A stretch of DNA of 64,000 nt from Antedon mediterranea (lineage: Eukaryota > Animalia > Echinodermata), in assembly GCF_964355755.1 (NCBI RefSeq), contig NC_092680.1, positions 21,957,045 through 22,021,044 of the forward strand, written 5' to 3'. The position numbers and the translations under genes were made by a program. Below, piece by piece: positions 1 through 15,000 of this stretch; the stretch's first letter is position 1; every line of letters begins with the position of its first letter. The notes beneath the pieces are model-generated. The model worked only from the letters and a program-made list of their open reading frames with translations. It had not been told where the DNA came from and searched no databases.

Positions 1-3000
1 TCAAACAAAAGGGAAAGGACGGAAAAGGAAATTTCTTCAATCAATTAATCCTGTCAAACAAATTAACAGTTTAAACAAAATACTGGAGAAGGAGAACAGG
101 GGCCTAGAACGTAAAAACAAAAGAAACAAAATAGTAGAAATTGAGGTTCTGAGTGATGGAAATACTGATGAAATGGAGGTTCATCATCTTGAAGAATGTA
201 ATGAAATGGACAACAGTTATAGAAGAAATAAAAAGCAAAGGAAGAAGAACATGCATGAAATAGAGGTTCTGAGTGATGGACATACTGATGAGGTTCATCA
301 TCTTGAAGAATGTAATGAAATGAACAACAGTAATAGAAGAAATAAAAAGCAAAGGAAGAAGAACATGCATGAAATAGAGGTTCTGAGTGATGGACATACT
401 GATGAGGTTCATCATCTTGAAGAACGTAATGAAATGAACAACAGTAATAGAAGAAATAAAAAGCAAAGGAAGAAGAACATGCATGAAATAGAGGTTCTGA
501 GTGATGGACATACTGATGAGGTTCATCATCTTGAAGAACGTAATGAAATGAACAACAGTAATAGAGGAAATAAAAAGCAAAGGAAGAAGAACATGCATGA
601 AATAGAGGTTCTGAGTGATGGACATACTGATGAGGTTCATCATCTTGAAGAACGTAATGAAATGAACAACAATAATAGAGGAAATAAAAAGCAAAGGAAG
701 AAGAACATGCATGAAATTGAGGTCCATGATGAACAGCAAAAGAACATGGGTGAGATTGAGGTTATGCGTGATGCACATACTGATGATATTGAGTTCCAAG
801 ATAGAGATCTTAATGAACTTCACACAATGGTTGGTTCTATGATTCGGGGTTGTAAACCAAAACAGCAAGGTGCGAAAAGTAAGCAAATGCATACGGTTGC
901 AGATTACAACCAAATGCATACGGTTGCAGATTACAACCAAATGCATACGGTTGCAGATTACAACCAAATGCATACGGTTGCAGATTACAATAAAAAAAAA
1001 AAATTAGAAAGAAAGAAGAAAGAGCAGCAAGAAATAAACAATTACCAGCTTGATGAAAATTACACAAAGAGACAAGAAAGAAGAAAGCCAGGATCTGATG
1101 ATAGTAATGCACGGATTGAGGATTTTGAAACCCCTCAAGAAGTTGTAAGTTGTGAAGAAGATGAAGAAATTGACAAAGAAAAAAGTGAGAATGGTTCATT
1201 GAAGCTGCAGGAGCAAGAAGTAAAGATGAGTAAAATGGAAAACCTTATAGAAACAATTGAGATAATTGACACAGATGATGAAGAAGAGAAAGAAGACCTA
1301 AGTTACAGGAATGAAGAGGAAGATGTATTTGATGAAGAAGCATCTGTTACCAGCTTTGCAACTATGTGTAAGGTAGGTCTACTAAAGCATAGAAGTAAAC
1401 ATGCTGCAAACTCCAGTCAATTAAGCTTGATTCCCACTAGGACACAACGCAAGGATGAAAACCCAACCCAATGACCAGCGACAGTTTGAATAATCCATCG
1501 CTTGTGATTGATCAACTCACTTACGTTGCGTTACGTTCTTGCATTGCGTCTCTAGGGAACCAAGCATTACAAACTAAAATGATCTTAAATGGATTAAAGT
1601 CCCATATATAATTGTTTATCATAAAATATATAATATTTACAGACATTAGAAGAAATTTTAAACCGACAGGCTTTAAAAAAACTATTTATATCCATTATTC
1701 GGTTTCCTTTGAATTTTTAAAACTTTATTTTACTAATTGTTGTTCATAAAAGTTGTTGATGCCAATAATACATTTTTTGGGTTCTTAGGTCTTGATGACA
1801 GACGTGAAGAAATCTAGGAGATCTCGTAGACCTGTAAACTATGAAGAGCGAGGAAGGTAAGTATTTTTTTACAAAAATGACCAACATAGAATTAAATCTG
1901 CTTAATTTTACGTTAAATAAGTTTAATTTAACCTGATTTTGAAGAAATAAATGTTGAAATAGACTATTCGCATCCATATCATTCATCTTGTGTTATGTGT
2001 AACTAATCATTGACGTACGATAATAAAAATTCTTCTTACAATACCTGATAAGTTATTGGAAATTATCAGTGTTTAGTGTTAAAATTAGGGATGACTTGTT
2101 CATCTTGTATGCTATAAAACTGATGGAAGTTTAGAATTAGTGCTTATCCAAGTATTGATAAACCAGTAGGCTATTAATTGTCTGTGTTTTGTTTCATTTT
2201 CAGCTCTTTAGAAGATAGTTCAACAAGTGCCGGGTCACCAGTAAGATTACTTACATTTATTTAAAAATGACATTTATAATTCCCTGTTTCTGCTCCTTCG
2301 TTTTGTCAATTGCATTTGGAAAACTACCTTTTTTACATGTTTTGTAGTAGTAGTATTTAGTAATGGATGTACAATTCTATCCCAAAGATTGATAATCAAC
2401 ATGGTTTTTTTTAAAGTAAAATTAAGTTGTAAGTACATTTCTCTTCATTACAGACAAAGAAAGTGTGTAATAAAGTGGCCCTAAGACCTCAATTGAATAC
2501 CCATAGTCATATGGATATTGGTACAGTTGGTAAAAAGAAGGGAAAAGTCACAAAAGACAATGATGATGCATCGAGTATTACAAGCAGAAGAAGCTGGTTA
2601 GTAGAAAAGGAAAAGAAACAAGTTAGTACGTACTCAAAAGGTCGCACTAATGTATGGGTGAAGCAGAAGGGAAGAACATCTTGGTCTCCGTTGGAACCAC
2701 ACTCAAATAAGAAGAATGGTACAGAAAGGTCTCCGTTGGAACCAGACTCAAATAAGAAGGAGAATGACGCAGAAAGAAAAAGCAAGAAAGGAAAAACAAA
2801 GAGGAAGTTGTCATCACTGGGAAATATGTATATGGAACCAAAAGAAGTGGAAAAGAGTGAAGATGGTAAGAAGAGGAAAAGGGTTGAAGAAGAAGCAGAA
2901 GATGATCTTATGGATGAGAAATTGAAAAGCATTCAGCATGTAATTGATGAATTAGAACAAATAGATATAGAAGAAGATATACACAAAAAGTGTATTGAAA

Positions 3001-6000
3001 CCACTCCTGCACAAGTCAAAGATAAATATCATGACACTCATAAGGTAACGTATTAAAAGACAGATTTACGAAAGCCCATTAATGCCATTTTAAGTATATG
3101 TTTTTCGAACGTAATCCGTTCTAACGAATTAGTAATTCGTTTGAACAGATTAATAATCTGTTCAAACGAATTAGTAATCCGTTCAAACGAATTGCAACAT
3201 ATACAACAAGTGCCATTTAAAGTATATGTTGTAATTACTAATTTGTTTAAACGGATTACTAATCCGTTTAAACAAATTAGTAATTCGTTTGAACGAATTA
3301 GTAATCCGTTTAAACAAATTAGTAATTTGTTTGAACGGATTAGTAATCCGTTTGAACAAATTAGTAATCCGTTTAAACAAATTAGTAATTTGTTTGAACG
3401 GATTACTAATTTGTTCAAACGAATTACAACATATACTTTAAATGGCACTTGTTGTATATGTTGCATTTGTTTGAACGGATTACTAATTCGTTTGAACAGA
3501 TTATTAATCCGTTCAAACGAATTACGTTCGAAAAACATATACTTAAAATGGCATTAATGGGCTTTCGTACAGATTTATGATATCATTACAATGTGTATTA
3601 TTTATGGGAAAATACATTACTGGAACATAGGGCCTGTTCGTAGGGGTTGAAAATACCAGCTTATTCCCGATTTCCGTTCGCGTGATCCAATTAACTTTTG
3701 CCTCAGGCTACAAAAAATTCGAGGTAAAATGTTCACCAAATTTGCAGGTTATTTCAGCGATAATCCAATTATACTCGGCCTTCGAGGATAATAAATCTCC
3801 GATAGAGGCAATGTGTCAAATTTTGACAAACGTTCGCTGCCTAGGCCCGTCATTTCTCCTACGAAGCTCTTCCATACACGCTTCGAGAGCGATCGTCAGC
3901 TGGTGCTGTCCTTGTTGGTGTAGACCGCTTAGTAGGCCTAGCTGGTCGGGGAGCCGCTGGTCGGTGGTGTTTCCGTCGTGTAACATTGGGCTCAAATTCT
4001 TCGTCAATGAGTAAAATAATGGTCGTCAGGAGAAGGCATATTTCGGCAGGATTATCGGCGTTAAGAGGCATAAGGTTTGTCGCAAGGATAAGCAGTGTAA
4101 AAGGTAGCAAGTAATTGTTATTGTAAAGAAAGATCGCGAGTAAAAAATATACAACACGAAACTAGCGTGCGAAAATGGGGTCGTAGGTTGTAAAAACAAC
4201 TGACCTTAAAACGTAATTTCCGGTTTGTGATTCGTCGATTAAGCATTTAAGCGGTTAAATATTTCAAGTACGAACAACGCTCAATTTATAACCCGAGGCA
4301 TGGGTGAAATTAAGCGCTTATTTTAACCACCGTACGAACACGACCATATTTATAAAATACTAGGTATTTATACAAAGATCAACAAAAGTATTATAGAAAG
4401 TTTGCTCACAGTTATAACTTGTTTTGTTTTATCATTACATAGGTGACAAGAACACCTTGTAAACTATCTTCACAGCAAAGTGTAAGCACAGCTCAGGATT
4501 ACATGTACTTTCAAACCTGTGAAGAATTAACATCGACAACAAGCACTCCTTACTTTGACAAGGAGCATAGTGTTGAGGTTTGCTCATTATTTTATTTAGT
4601 ATTTACACTTTTTAGTAATTTATTTAAAATATGTATCTAAAAAAAAAAAATATAAATTTCTATTGACTAGATGGTACGCTCGCTTCGGTCGCGTACCATC
4701 TAGGTCGTACCCACAAATGGTTCTCGAATACACAGTAATTTCAAAGTAGCAAAACTGGCGATTTCAAATGTACGTACCGCAGGACTATAATACATTGTCG
4801 TTTACAGAAATGAATAAATAGACACGATGATTTATGTAGTCAACTAAAATTAGCACCCTGGGAATTACTTCCGAAGGAAAAACTTATCACAAAATGAGTC
4901 CAAATTTTTGATTTGGACTCATTTAAAGAAACCCAATTTGTGTTTTGTATGTAACCAGGGAGATGTAACATTAGGGTTTGAGGGATGGGAAAGCGGATAG
5001 GTGCAAAGAGGAACAATTTTTAAATATATTCTTTATCCACTCAGTAACGAAATATTTTTTTCATGTTTTATAGGCCTATAAATAATATACCTCTAAATAC
5101 AGTAAAACATTTGCGATTTAATACTTTGTTAAAACTGTCACTGTCATAATCGATTGAAATATTAAAGTCACGATACACCACTACGACGTTTATATTTTTG
5201 GTAATTATTAATTAATACAAACGTTGAGAAGGAACTTCGCTCGCGTACCATCTAGGTCGTACCCACAAATGGTTCTCGAATACACAGTAATTTCAGAGTA
5301 GCAAAACTGGCTATTTCAAATGTACGTACCGCAGGACTATAATACATTGTCGTTTACAGAAACGAATAAATAGACACGATTATTTATGTAGTCAACTAAA
5401 ATTAGCACCCTGGGAATTACTTCCGAAGGAAAAACTTATCACAAAATGAGTCCAAATTTTTGATTTGGACTCATTTAAAGAAACCCAATTTGTGTTTTGT
5501 ATGTAACCAGGGAGATGTAACATTAGGGTTGAGGGATGGGAAAGCGGATAGGTGCAAAGAGGAACAATTTTTAAATATATTCTTTATCCACTCAGTAACG
5601 AAATATTTTTTTCATGTTTTATAGGGCTATAAATAATATACCTCTAAATACAGTAAAACATTTGCGATTTAATACTTTGTTAAAACTGTCACTGTCATAA
5701 TCGATTGAAATATTAAAGTCACGATACACCACTACGACGTTTATATTTTTGGTAATTATTAATTAATACAAACGTTGAGAAGGAACTGTCAGTATAAAGT
5801 TTATTTGTATATAATAATGTGTTTATATATCTAACAGTAGAGCCTATCCACAATCTCAGTAATAAGTTTATTTGTATATATTTTTATATTACATCTAACA
5901 GTACGAACATTCACAGTAAGAAATGTTCAATTCAAATGAGGACCAAAAACAGTTAATAGGTATTTACAGTATTGTTCAAGTTTATTCTCAAAGGGCCCAT

Positions 6001-9000
6001 ATATTTACCTACCGTATGTGTTAAACCAAGGGCTCATAAATCTACCTACTTGTGTTAAACCAAACTCTGGCAGACTGAGAGATTAGGATGTTCCATTCAT
6101 CGCAAATCAATACATTTGTATAATCATATATTAAATCTATCAAAATAGTATTTTTTTAAGAAATTCGGCCTGTCTTCAACATTATGATGCTGTACTCTAG
6201 CTGTTCAACCAGTTTTCAGCTATTGAAAACAATTATCGTAGGAGGAGATAGGAAAATGCGAAGCCTCCTCGCATTTTTGTGGCGGGTATTTTTCAAGATG
6301 GACATCCATTAGACAGTGTATACTACGATCGGGAAACACCCCTATTTGGGGCAAATCGTTGAACCTAAATTCGTTTTAATCGTCAATAACTAATTATCTA
6401 ACTTAATTTAATTAGAAACAGGGTTACATCAGGTGGTTAAAATCAGTACTGAAAGTACGAACCAACTTTATATACCATCGAGTAAAAATTCTAGAAGTAA
6501 GGCGCGATTTACCGAATTTTGCCCTTACGTAAATTTATATATAGATTAATACTACAATAAACCACATTTTTCCTACAGCTTTTGAACTTCCATTTTGATT
6601 TTGACCAAGAAATGGGAACTCAAAAAGAAGATGACGAAGAAGAACAAAGAATGACAACAATTCCTGCAATCATTCAAGTTGTACCCAGCTCAAATAAAAC
6701 ACCTGCACTACGAGACAAATCAAACATTGCAAGTTTTTATTGAATTACTATAATATTATTGTTATCCTCAGTTTTTGAAATTCAAGTTAGTCCCTCGGTG
6801 AATCCACTGATCAACACACCAAGATGCTACTTCCTTCAAATACCTAATTCTTTTTAGAACATTGTACCAACTTCTTTACATCCCATCTATGCCCTTCTAT
6901 CATGATTAACACGTTATTAAGAAAGTGTCATGACAAAATTTTCTTTTTTCATAGAAAATAGTTCAACCTCAAACAGTTGTATCAGGACCATCTAAAGATC
7001 CAAGACCCACAAAATCGGCTTTAAAGCGCAAATATCAGGTTGAAATTGAATATGATGAAGAGGACTTGGAGGAAAAGAGTGAAGATGATACTGTTGATTA
7101 TGAAGTTCAGAAAGAAAGAAAACCAACAAGGAACTCAGCAAGAGGATCTTCATTATTGATGCCAAAGAAATTATTTGACTTTGAAGAACAAGAAGCAGAT
7201 CAGAGTTATTGTAAGTAAACTACAAAATGAACAAAGGTTGCATCATTACATTTTTTGTAGTTCAATTGGTTTTGAACATAATTTTTAAAATCATAATTTA
7301 TTTTTATTTTGTTCTTGATCATCAAACATTAAATAATTCTAAAATTAACTAATATATATACTCATTTACTATTAGGTATCCAGTGGTTGAGATAGACCAT
7401 TATACTAGGGTGACCTCTCTTCTTTGAAAAATGGCCTGGGTTCTATAATGCAACACAGTCAGATATAGTTTTTAATCCTTATTTAAGAAGACGAGGAGAG
7501 CCTTCAACATGTGCTATGGTTATGGTGCTTCTGCCTAAACACCTTAGCCACTCTCTGAAATATATATTTTTTTAAATTGAAATAGATTTTAATGATGGCG
7601 AGCAAGTAGGCAAATCAGATGATGGCCAGTTTAATGCTGGTAAAGCATCAACATCATGCTTTACAGGTGATGAAGAGATTGAACAAATTGAACATTTACT
7701 ACAAGTTGTACGTGGTACCATCAACAAGCACATTCAGGTATTATCAGCTTAAAGCTTGGTTCCCACTAGAGATGCAACATAGACGCAGGGAATGGATCAA
7801 TGACAAGCGACTGTTTGAATAATCCTTTGCTTGTGATTGTTCAAATCACTTACGTTGCGTTACGTCCTTGCGTTGCATTCCTGGTGGGAATCCGCCTTTA
7901 AGCTATAAAATATGCATCTTATGTATTTTTGTCAATGGAAAACCAAATTGAAATTATAATTTGATAATGTTGCAGACAAAACAAAGTCAAACCAAGAAAC
8001 TAGCGGGATGTGCTATTAATACTGTCACCAAGCATTTGAAGAGCTTTAGGAGCTATCATCAAGCTAGGTAAGAAATTTGTTTTGAAAACTGGTATATTAT
8101 ATGATAAATAAAAGAGTAAAAACACACAGAAAATTGCACCAACACAGATAAGCACTTCAACAACTTATAATAATTATTTGATATTTCTAACATTAGTAAA
8201 AAGTAGGTTCATCTGGATCTTTAGATTGTGATGTAACAATTTATTTTCATTTCAAGTCTTTATTTGCGCATACACAACCCATTGTGTTTTGTAACAGAAA
8301 ATTTCTTTTTTAAACAGTTTCAAAGAATTGAAATTGGGACAACAAAAGATATTAGGAGAGATTTTGTCTTTGGAAGAAGGTTTAGAGGCGATGAATGCAA
8401 TTGAACTAAAGAGTAGTAAACTAATGAAACAACTGCATGGAAAATTATCACTTAAGCTGTATGAAAAGTAAGGCAATAAGACAAGTTTCTTGTCCATATA
8501 TAGGCACATCACATGATATGCTTGAATGTGGTAGTGATATGATGACATCATGTCTATATATAGGCACATCACATGATATGATGACATCATGTCTATATAT
8601 AGGCACATCACATTTTTTTTTGTCACATGGGTTTCACAGTCTAGACAGAGCTTTAGCAATAAAATTATTTACGATTGTAGAAAGACTATATAATTTTTGC
8701 AGATTTTATTTCTGTTAATAATATATTTTATAACAAATGTTTAATTACTGTTTTCCTTCGAAAAATATTGTGAATCTAACCTGCAATGTAATTTATATAT
8801 TTTAACAGCATTGAAACTATTAGAAATACATTGGAAGAGTTCCAAGAGAGGAATGTCCAACTGGACATCAGCCTTAAGAGGGAGTTGCAAAGTGGACTAC
8901 AGAATATCATCTTCCAAGAGATAAATGAACTTAAGAACAAGATTATTCAAGATGAAGTAAGTAGAAGGTTTCATCCTGTGTAATGTTTGTGTATTATTCA

Positions 9001-12000
9001 AGATGAAGTAAGTAGAAGGTTTCATCCTGTGTAATGTTTGTGTATTATTCAAGATGAAGTAAGTAGAAGGTTTCATCCTGTGTAATGTTTGTGTATTATT
9101 CAAGATGAAGTAAGTAGAAGGTTTCATCCTGTGTAATGTTTGTGTATTATTCAAGATGAAGTAAGTAGAAGGTTTCATCCTGTGTAATGTTTGTGTATTA
9201 TTCAAGATGAAGTAAGTAGAAGGTTTCATCCTGTGTAATGTTTGTGTATTATTCAAGATGAAGTAAGTAGAAGGTTTCATCCTGTGTAATGTTTGTGTAT
9301 TATTCAAGATGAAGTAAGTAGAAGGTTTCATCCTGTGTAATGTTTGTGTATTATTCAAGATGAAGTAAGTAGAAGGTTTCATCCTGTGTAATGTTTGTGT
9401 ATTATTCAAGATGAAGTAAGTAGAAGGTTTCATCCTGTGTAATGTTTGTGTATTATTCAAGATGAAGTAAGTAGAAGGTTTCATCCTGTGTAATGTTTGT
9501 GTATTATTCAAGATGAAGTAAGTAGAAGGTTTCATCCTGTGTAATGTTTGTGTATTATTCAAGATGAAGTAAGTAGAAGGTTTCATCCTGTGTAATGTTT
9601 GTGTATTATTCAAGATGAAGTAAGTAGAAGGTTTCATCCTGTGTAATGTTTGTGTATTATTCAAGATGAAGTAAGTAGAAGGTTTCATCCTGTGTAATGT
9701 TTGTGTATTATTCAAGATGAAGTAAGTAGAAGGTTTCATCCTGTGTAATGTTTGTGTATTATTCAAGATGAAGTAAGTAGAAGGTTTCATCCTGTGTAAT
9801 GTTTGTGTATTATTCAAGATGAAGTAAGTAGAAGGTTTCATCCTGTGTAATGTTTGTGTATTATTCAAGATGAAGTAAGTAGAAGGTTTCATCCTGTGTA
9901 ATGTTTGTGTATTATTCAAGATGAAGTAAGTAGAAGGTTTCATCCTGTGTAATGTTTGTGTATTATTCAAGATGAAGTAAGTAGAAGGTTTCATCCTGTG
10001 TAATGTTTGTGTATTATTCAAGATGAAGTAAGTAGAAGGTTTCATCCTGTGTAATGTTTGTGTATTATTCAAGATGAAGTAAGTAGAAGGTTTCATCCTG
10101 TGTAATGTTTGTGTATTATTCAAGATGAAGTAAGTAGAAGGTTTCATCCTGTGTAATGTTTGTGTATTATTCAAGATGAAGTAAGTAGAAGGTTTCATCC
10201 TGTGTAATGTTTGTGTATTATTCAAGATGAAGTAAGTAGAAGGTTTCATCCTGTGTAATGTTTGTGTATTATTCAAGATGAAGTAAGTAGAAGGTTTCAT
10301 CCTGTGTAATGTTTGTGTATTATTCAAGATGAAGTAAGTAGAAGGTTTCATCCTGTGTAATGTTTGTGTATTATTCAAGATGAAGTAAGTAGAAGGTTTC
10401 ATCCTGTGTAATGTTTGTGTATTATTCAAGATGAAGTAAGTAGAAGGTTTCATCCTGTGTAATGTTTGTGTATTATTCAAGATGAAGTAAGTAGAAGGTT
10501 TCATCCTGTGTAATGTTTGTGTATTATTCAAGATGAAGTAAGTAGAAGGTTTCATCCTGTGTAATGTTTGTGTATTATTCAAGATGAAGTAAGTAGAAGG
10601 TTTCATCCTGTGTAATGTTTGTGTATTATTCAAGATGAAGTAAGTAGAAGGTTTCATCCTGTGTAATGTTTGTGTATTATTCAAGATGAAGTAAGTAGAA
10701 GGTTTCATCCTGTGTAATGTTTGTGTATTATTCAAGATGAAGTAAGTAGAAGGTTTCATCCTGTGTAATGTTTGTGTATTATTCAAGATGAAGTAAGTAG
10801 AAGGTTTCATCCTGTGTAATGTTTGTGTATTATTCAAGATGAAGTAAGTAGAAGGTTTCATCCTGTGTAATGTTTGTGTATTATTCAAGATGAAGTAAGT
10901 AGAAGGTTTCATCCTGTGTAATGTTTGTGTATTATTCAAGATGAAGTAAGTAGAAGGTTTCATCCTGTGTAATGTTTGTGTATTATTCAAGATGAAGTAA
11001 GTAGAAGGTTTCATCCTGTGTAATGTTTGTGTATTATTCACTGGGGCGGATCCAGACATTTTTGAGAGGGGGGGTCCGCCGATAAAAAGGGCACATCAGA
11101 TATTGAGTATTTGAGCCACAGCCCCCCCATGGTGGGGGTTGTGGCGAAGCGAATTTTGTTACAGGACACACTTAGATGGCCAGAAATGGCACTCTCGCAC
11201 GCAAAATCCATGATAAATGGCACCTTTCTAGTTCGCCGGAAATGACACTTTATTAGCAGGGATAACGATGCAAAATTAAAAGTTGTTATTTTTCAACCAA
11301 TTTAAACATTATCTGTTGGTATTTTGTTTCAATATTCCAATAAAGAAAGAATTACGAAAATCTGACTTGTAGTTTTCGAAATATAGGGTCTAAAACATTG
11401 CCGAAAATGATCGTTTTTAGCCACGAACGTTGTAAACAAATTGCGCCATTTTTCGCTAAAATAATTACATATAATTACGTTTTATAGTAATTTCTTTTAT
11501 ATATCAACATTGGAAATATCAATAAAATATGTTATTAAATGTTTATAAAATATATAGAGTTGTTTATTTAACGGAGTTCGTACAAATTCATTGCTCTAAA
11601 TTTGTGTAGTACCGTTCAGTACAGAGTGATCACGTGACTTCTTGGTACACGTACGCGAGAGAAAACATTCCGCTGTGGGTGATTCGCGTCCACCAATCAA
11701 ATAGCCAGAATCCAAAATCATTCAACCGGCCGTGAGCTCTGCCGATCGCGAGAAAGCTCAGCTTTGATTGGCTTACGATGACATCATATCACAAAATGGT
11801 GGTTTTGTAGTTGAGCCTCACGTAATTTTCACAAATAATTGTTTCAAAAATGAAATAAATGAACCTTCTTTATGGTATGTGTGATTTTTCTTTAAAAGAT
11901 TTGAATAATAAAGGCTTGATATCGAGAAAAAAACATTTTTTTTGCACTTATAATAAATATTTCTCAAAGAAAAAAGCACATGGCTTGTAGAACTATATTA

Positions 12001-15000
12001 TCTTGGCGTAGGAAGTCAAACAAATCCCAGGTCATGAGAGGCTCAACTACAAGAACAAAGTTGAATAGTGTAGGATGACCGTTCGATGATTTTTGAGTAA
12101 ACAATCTACCGCGTATGGTCGTACGCGCTAGATAGTACGATATTTTAAATACATTTTTTACATGTTTGGTTGGATGTAATGGAAATAAAAAATAGTTGAT
12201 CTGATGGAATGATATGTAAATAAACAAATACTCAAAAGAATTATGTTTACAGTTCAATTATTTTCAGAATAATAATACATCAAAATGTGTTTACCAATGG
12301 ACAAATAATCACGTCAATGACATAGCGCGCATGGTAACGTACGCGGAGTTGAATCGTAAACAGTTTACATGCGCCCTCTGTAGTATGTGAAACGATCTAT
12401 TTTTAGAAGTTTAAGTAGAGATCATCACGCGTCACCACCTCTCACGATGCTCTTTGATCGGCCGCCGTAACTTAACATCGCGCTCATTGTGATAAATTTC
12501 TGTTTTTATTTTTGGGGTTAGTGTAGCCTACTCTGTGCATACTAATATACACACAAATATGTCACACGAATAAAATATTGAACCTCTAAAAAAAGGGCAC
12601 CCTTAAAATTTAGGGGGGGTCCGGACCCCGTGGACCCCCCCTCTGGATCCGCCCCAGATTCAAGATGAAGTAAGTAGAAGGTTTCATCCTGTGTAATGTT
12701 TGTGTATTATTCAAGATGAAGTAAGTAGAAGGTTTCATCCTGTGTAATGTTTGTGTATTATTCAAGATGAAGTAAGTAGAAGGTTTCATCCTGTGTAATG
12801 TTTGTGTATTATTCAAGATGAAGTAAGTAGAAGGTTTCATCCTGTGTAATGTTTGTGTATTATTCAAGATGAAGTAAGTAGAAGGTTTCATCCTGTGTAA
12901 TGTTTGTGTATTATTCAAGATGAAGTAAGTAGAAGGTTTCATCCTGTGTAATGTTTGTGTATTATTCAAGATGAAGTAAGTAGAAGGTTTCATCCTGTGT
13001 AATGTTTGTGTATTATTCAAGATGAAGTAAGTAGAAGGTTTCATCCTGTGTAATGTTTGTGTATTATTCAAGATGAAGTAAGTAGAAGGTTTCATCCTGT
13101 GTAATGTTTGTGTATTATTCAAGATGAAGTAAGTAGAAGGTTTCATCCTGTGTAATGTTTGTGTATTATTCAAGATGAAGTAAGTAGAAGGTTTCATCCT
13201 GTGTAATGTTTGTGTATTATTCAAGATGAAGTAAGTAGAAGGTTTCATCCTGTGTAATGTTTGTGTATTATTCAAGATGAAGTAAGTAGAAGGTTTCATC
13301 CTGTGTAATGTTTGTGTATTATTCAAGATGAAGTAAGTAGAAGGTTTCATCCTGTGTAATGTTTGTGTATTATTCAAGATGAAGTAAGTAGAAGGTTTCA
13401 TCCTGTGTAATGTTTGTGTATTATTCAAGATGAAGTAAGTAGAAGGTTTCATCCTGTGTAATGTTTGTGTATTATTCAAGATGAAGTAAGTAGAAGGTTT
13501 CATCCTGTGTAATGTTTGTGTATTATTCAAGATGAAGTAAGTAGAAGGTTTCATCCTGTGTAATGTTTGTGTATTATTCAAGATGAAGTAAGTAGAAGGT
13601 TTCATCCTGTGTAATGTTTGTGTATTATTCAAGATGAAGTAAGTAGAAGGTTTCATCCTGTGTAATGTTTGTGTATTATTCAAGATGAAGTAAGTAGAAG
13701 GTTTCATCCTGTGTAATGTTTGTGTATTATTCAAGATGAAGTAAGTAGAAGGTTTCATCCTGTGTAATGTTTGTGTATTATTCAAGATGAAGTAAGTAGA
13801 AGGTTTCATCCTGTGTAATGTTTGTGTATTATTCAAGATGAAGTAAGTAGAAGGTTTCATCCTGTGTAATGTTTGTGTATTATTCAAGATGAAGTAAGTA
13901 GAAGGTTTCATCCTGTGTAATGTTTGTGTATTATTCAAGATGAAGTAAGTAGAAGGTTTCATCCTGTGTAATGTTTGTGTATTATTCAAGATGAAGTAAG
14001 TAGAAGGTTTCATCCTGTGTAATGTTTGTGTATTATTCAAGATGAAGTAAGTAGAAGGTTTCATCCTGTGTAATGTTTGTGTATTATTCAAGATGAAGTA
14101 AGTAGAAGGTTTCATCCTGTGTAATGTTTGTGTATTATTCAAGATGAAGTAAGTAGAAGGTTTCATCCTGTGTAATGTTTGTGTATTATTCAAGATGAAG
14201 TAAGTAGAAGGTTTCATCCTGTGTAATGTTTGTGTATTATTCAAGATGAAGTAAGTAGAAGGTTTCATCCTGTGTAATGTTTGTGTATTATTCAAGATGA
14301 AGTAAGTAGAAGGTTTCATCCTGTGTAATGTTTGTGTATTATTCAAGATGAAGTAAGTAGAAGGTTTCATCCTGTGTAATGTTTGTGTATTATTCAAGAT
14401 GAAGTAAGTAGAAGGTTTCATCCTGTGTAATGTTTGTGTATTATTCAAGATGAAGTAAGTAGAAGGTTTCATCCTGTGTAATGTTTGTGTATTATTCAAG
14501 ATGAAGTAAGTAGAAGGTTTCATCCTGTGTAATGTTTGTGTATTATTCAAGATGAAGTAAGTAGAAGGTTTCATCCTGTGTAATGTTTGTGTATTATTCA
14601 AGATGAAGTAAGTAGAAGGTTTCATCCTGTGTAATGTTTGTGTATTATTCAAGATGAAGTAAGTAGAAGGTTTCATCCTGTGTAATGTTTGTGTATTATT
14701 CAAGATGAAGTAAGTAGAAGGTTTCATCCTGTGTAATGTTTGTGTATTATTCAAGATGAAGTAAGTAGAAGGTTTCATCCTGTGTAATGTTTGTGTATTA
14801 TTCAAGATGAAGTAAGTAGAAGGTTTCATCCTGTGTAATGTTTGTGTATTATTCAAGATGAAGTAAGTAGAAGGTTTCATCCTGTGTAATGTTTGTGTAT
14901 TATTCAAGATGAAGTAAGTAGAAGGTTTCATCCTGTGTAATGTTTGTGTATTATTCAAGATGAAGTAAGTAGAAGGTTTCATCCTGTGTAATGTTTGTGT

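Noticed and set aside
104-973. 289-aa hydrophobic minus-strand ORF
   Set aside because: Antisense shadow of the A-rich repetitive SYCP2-like exon.
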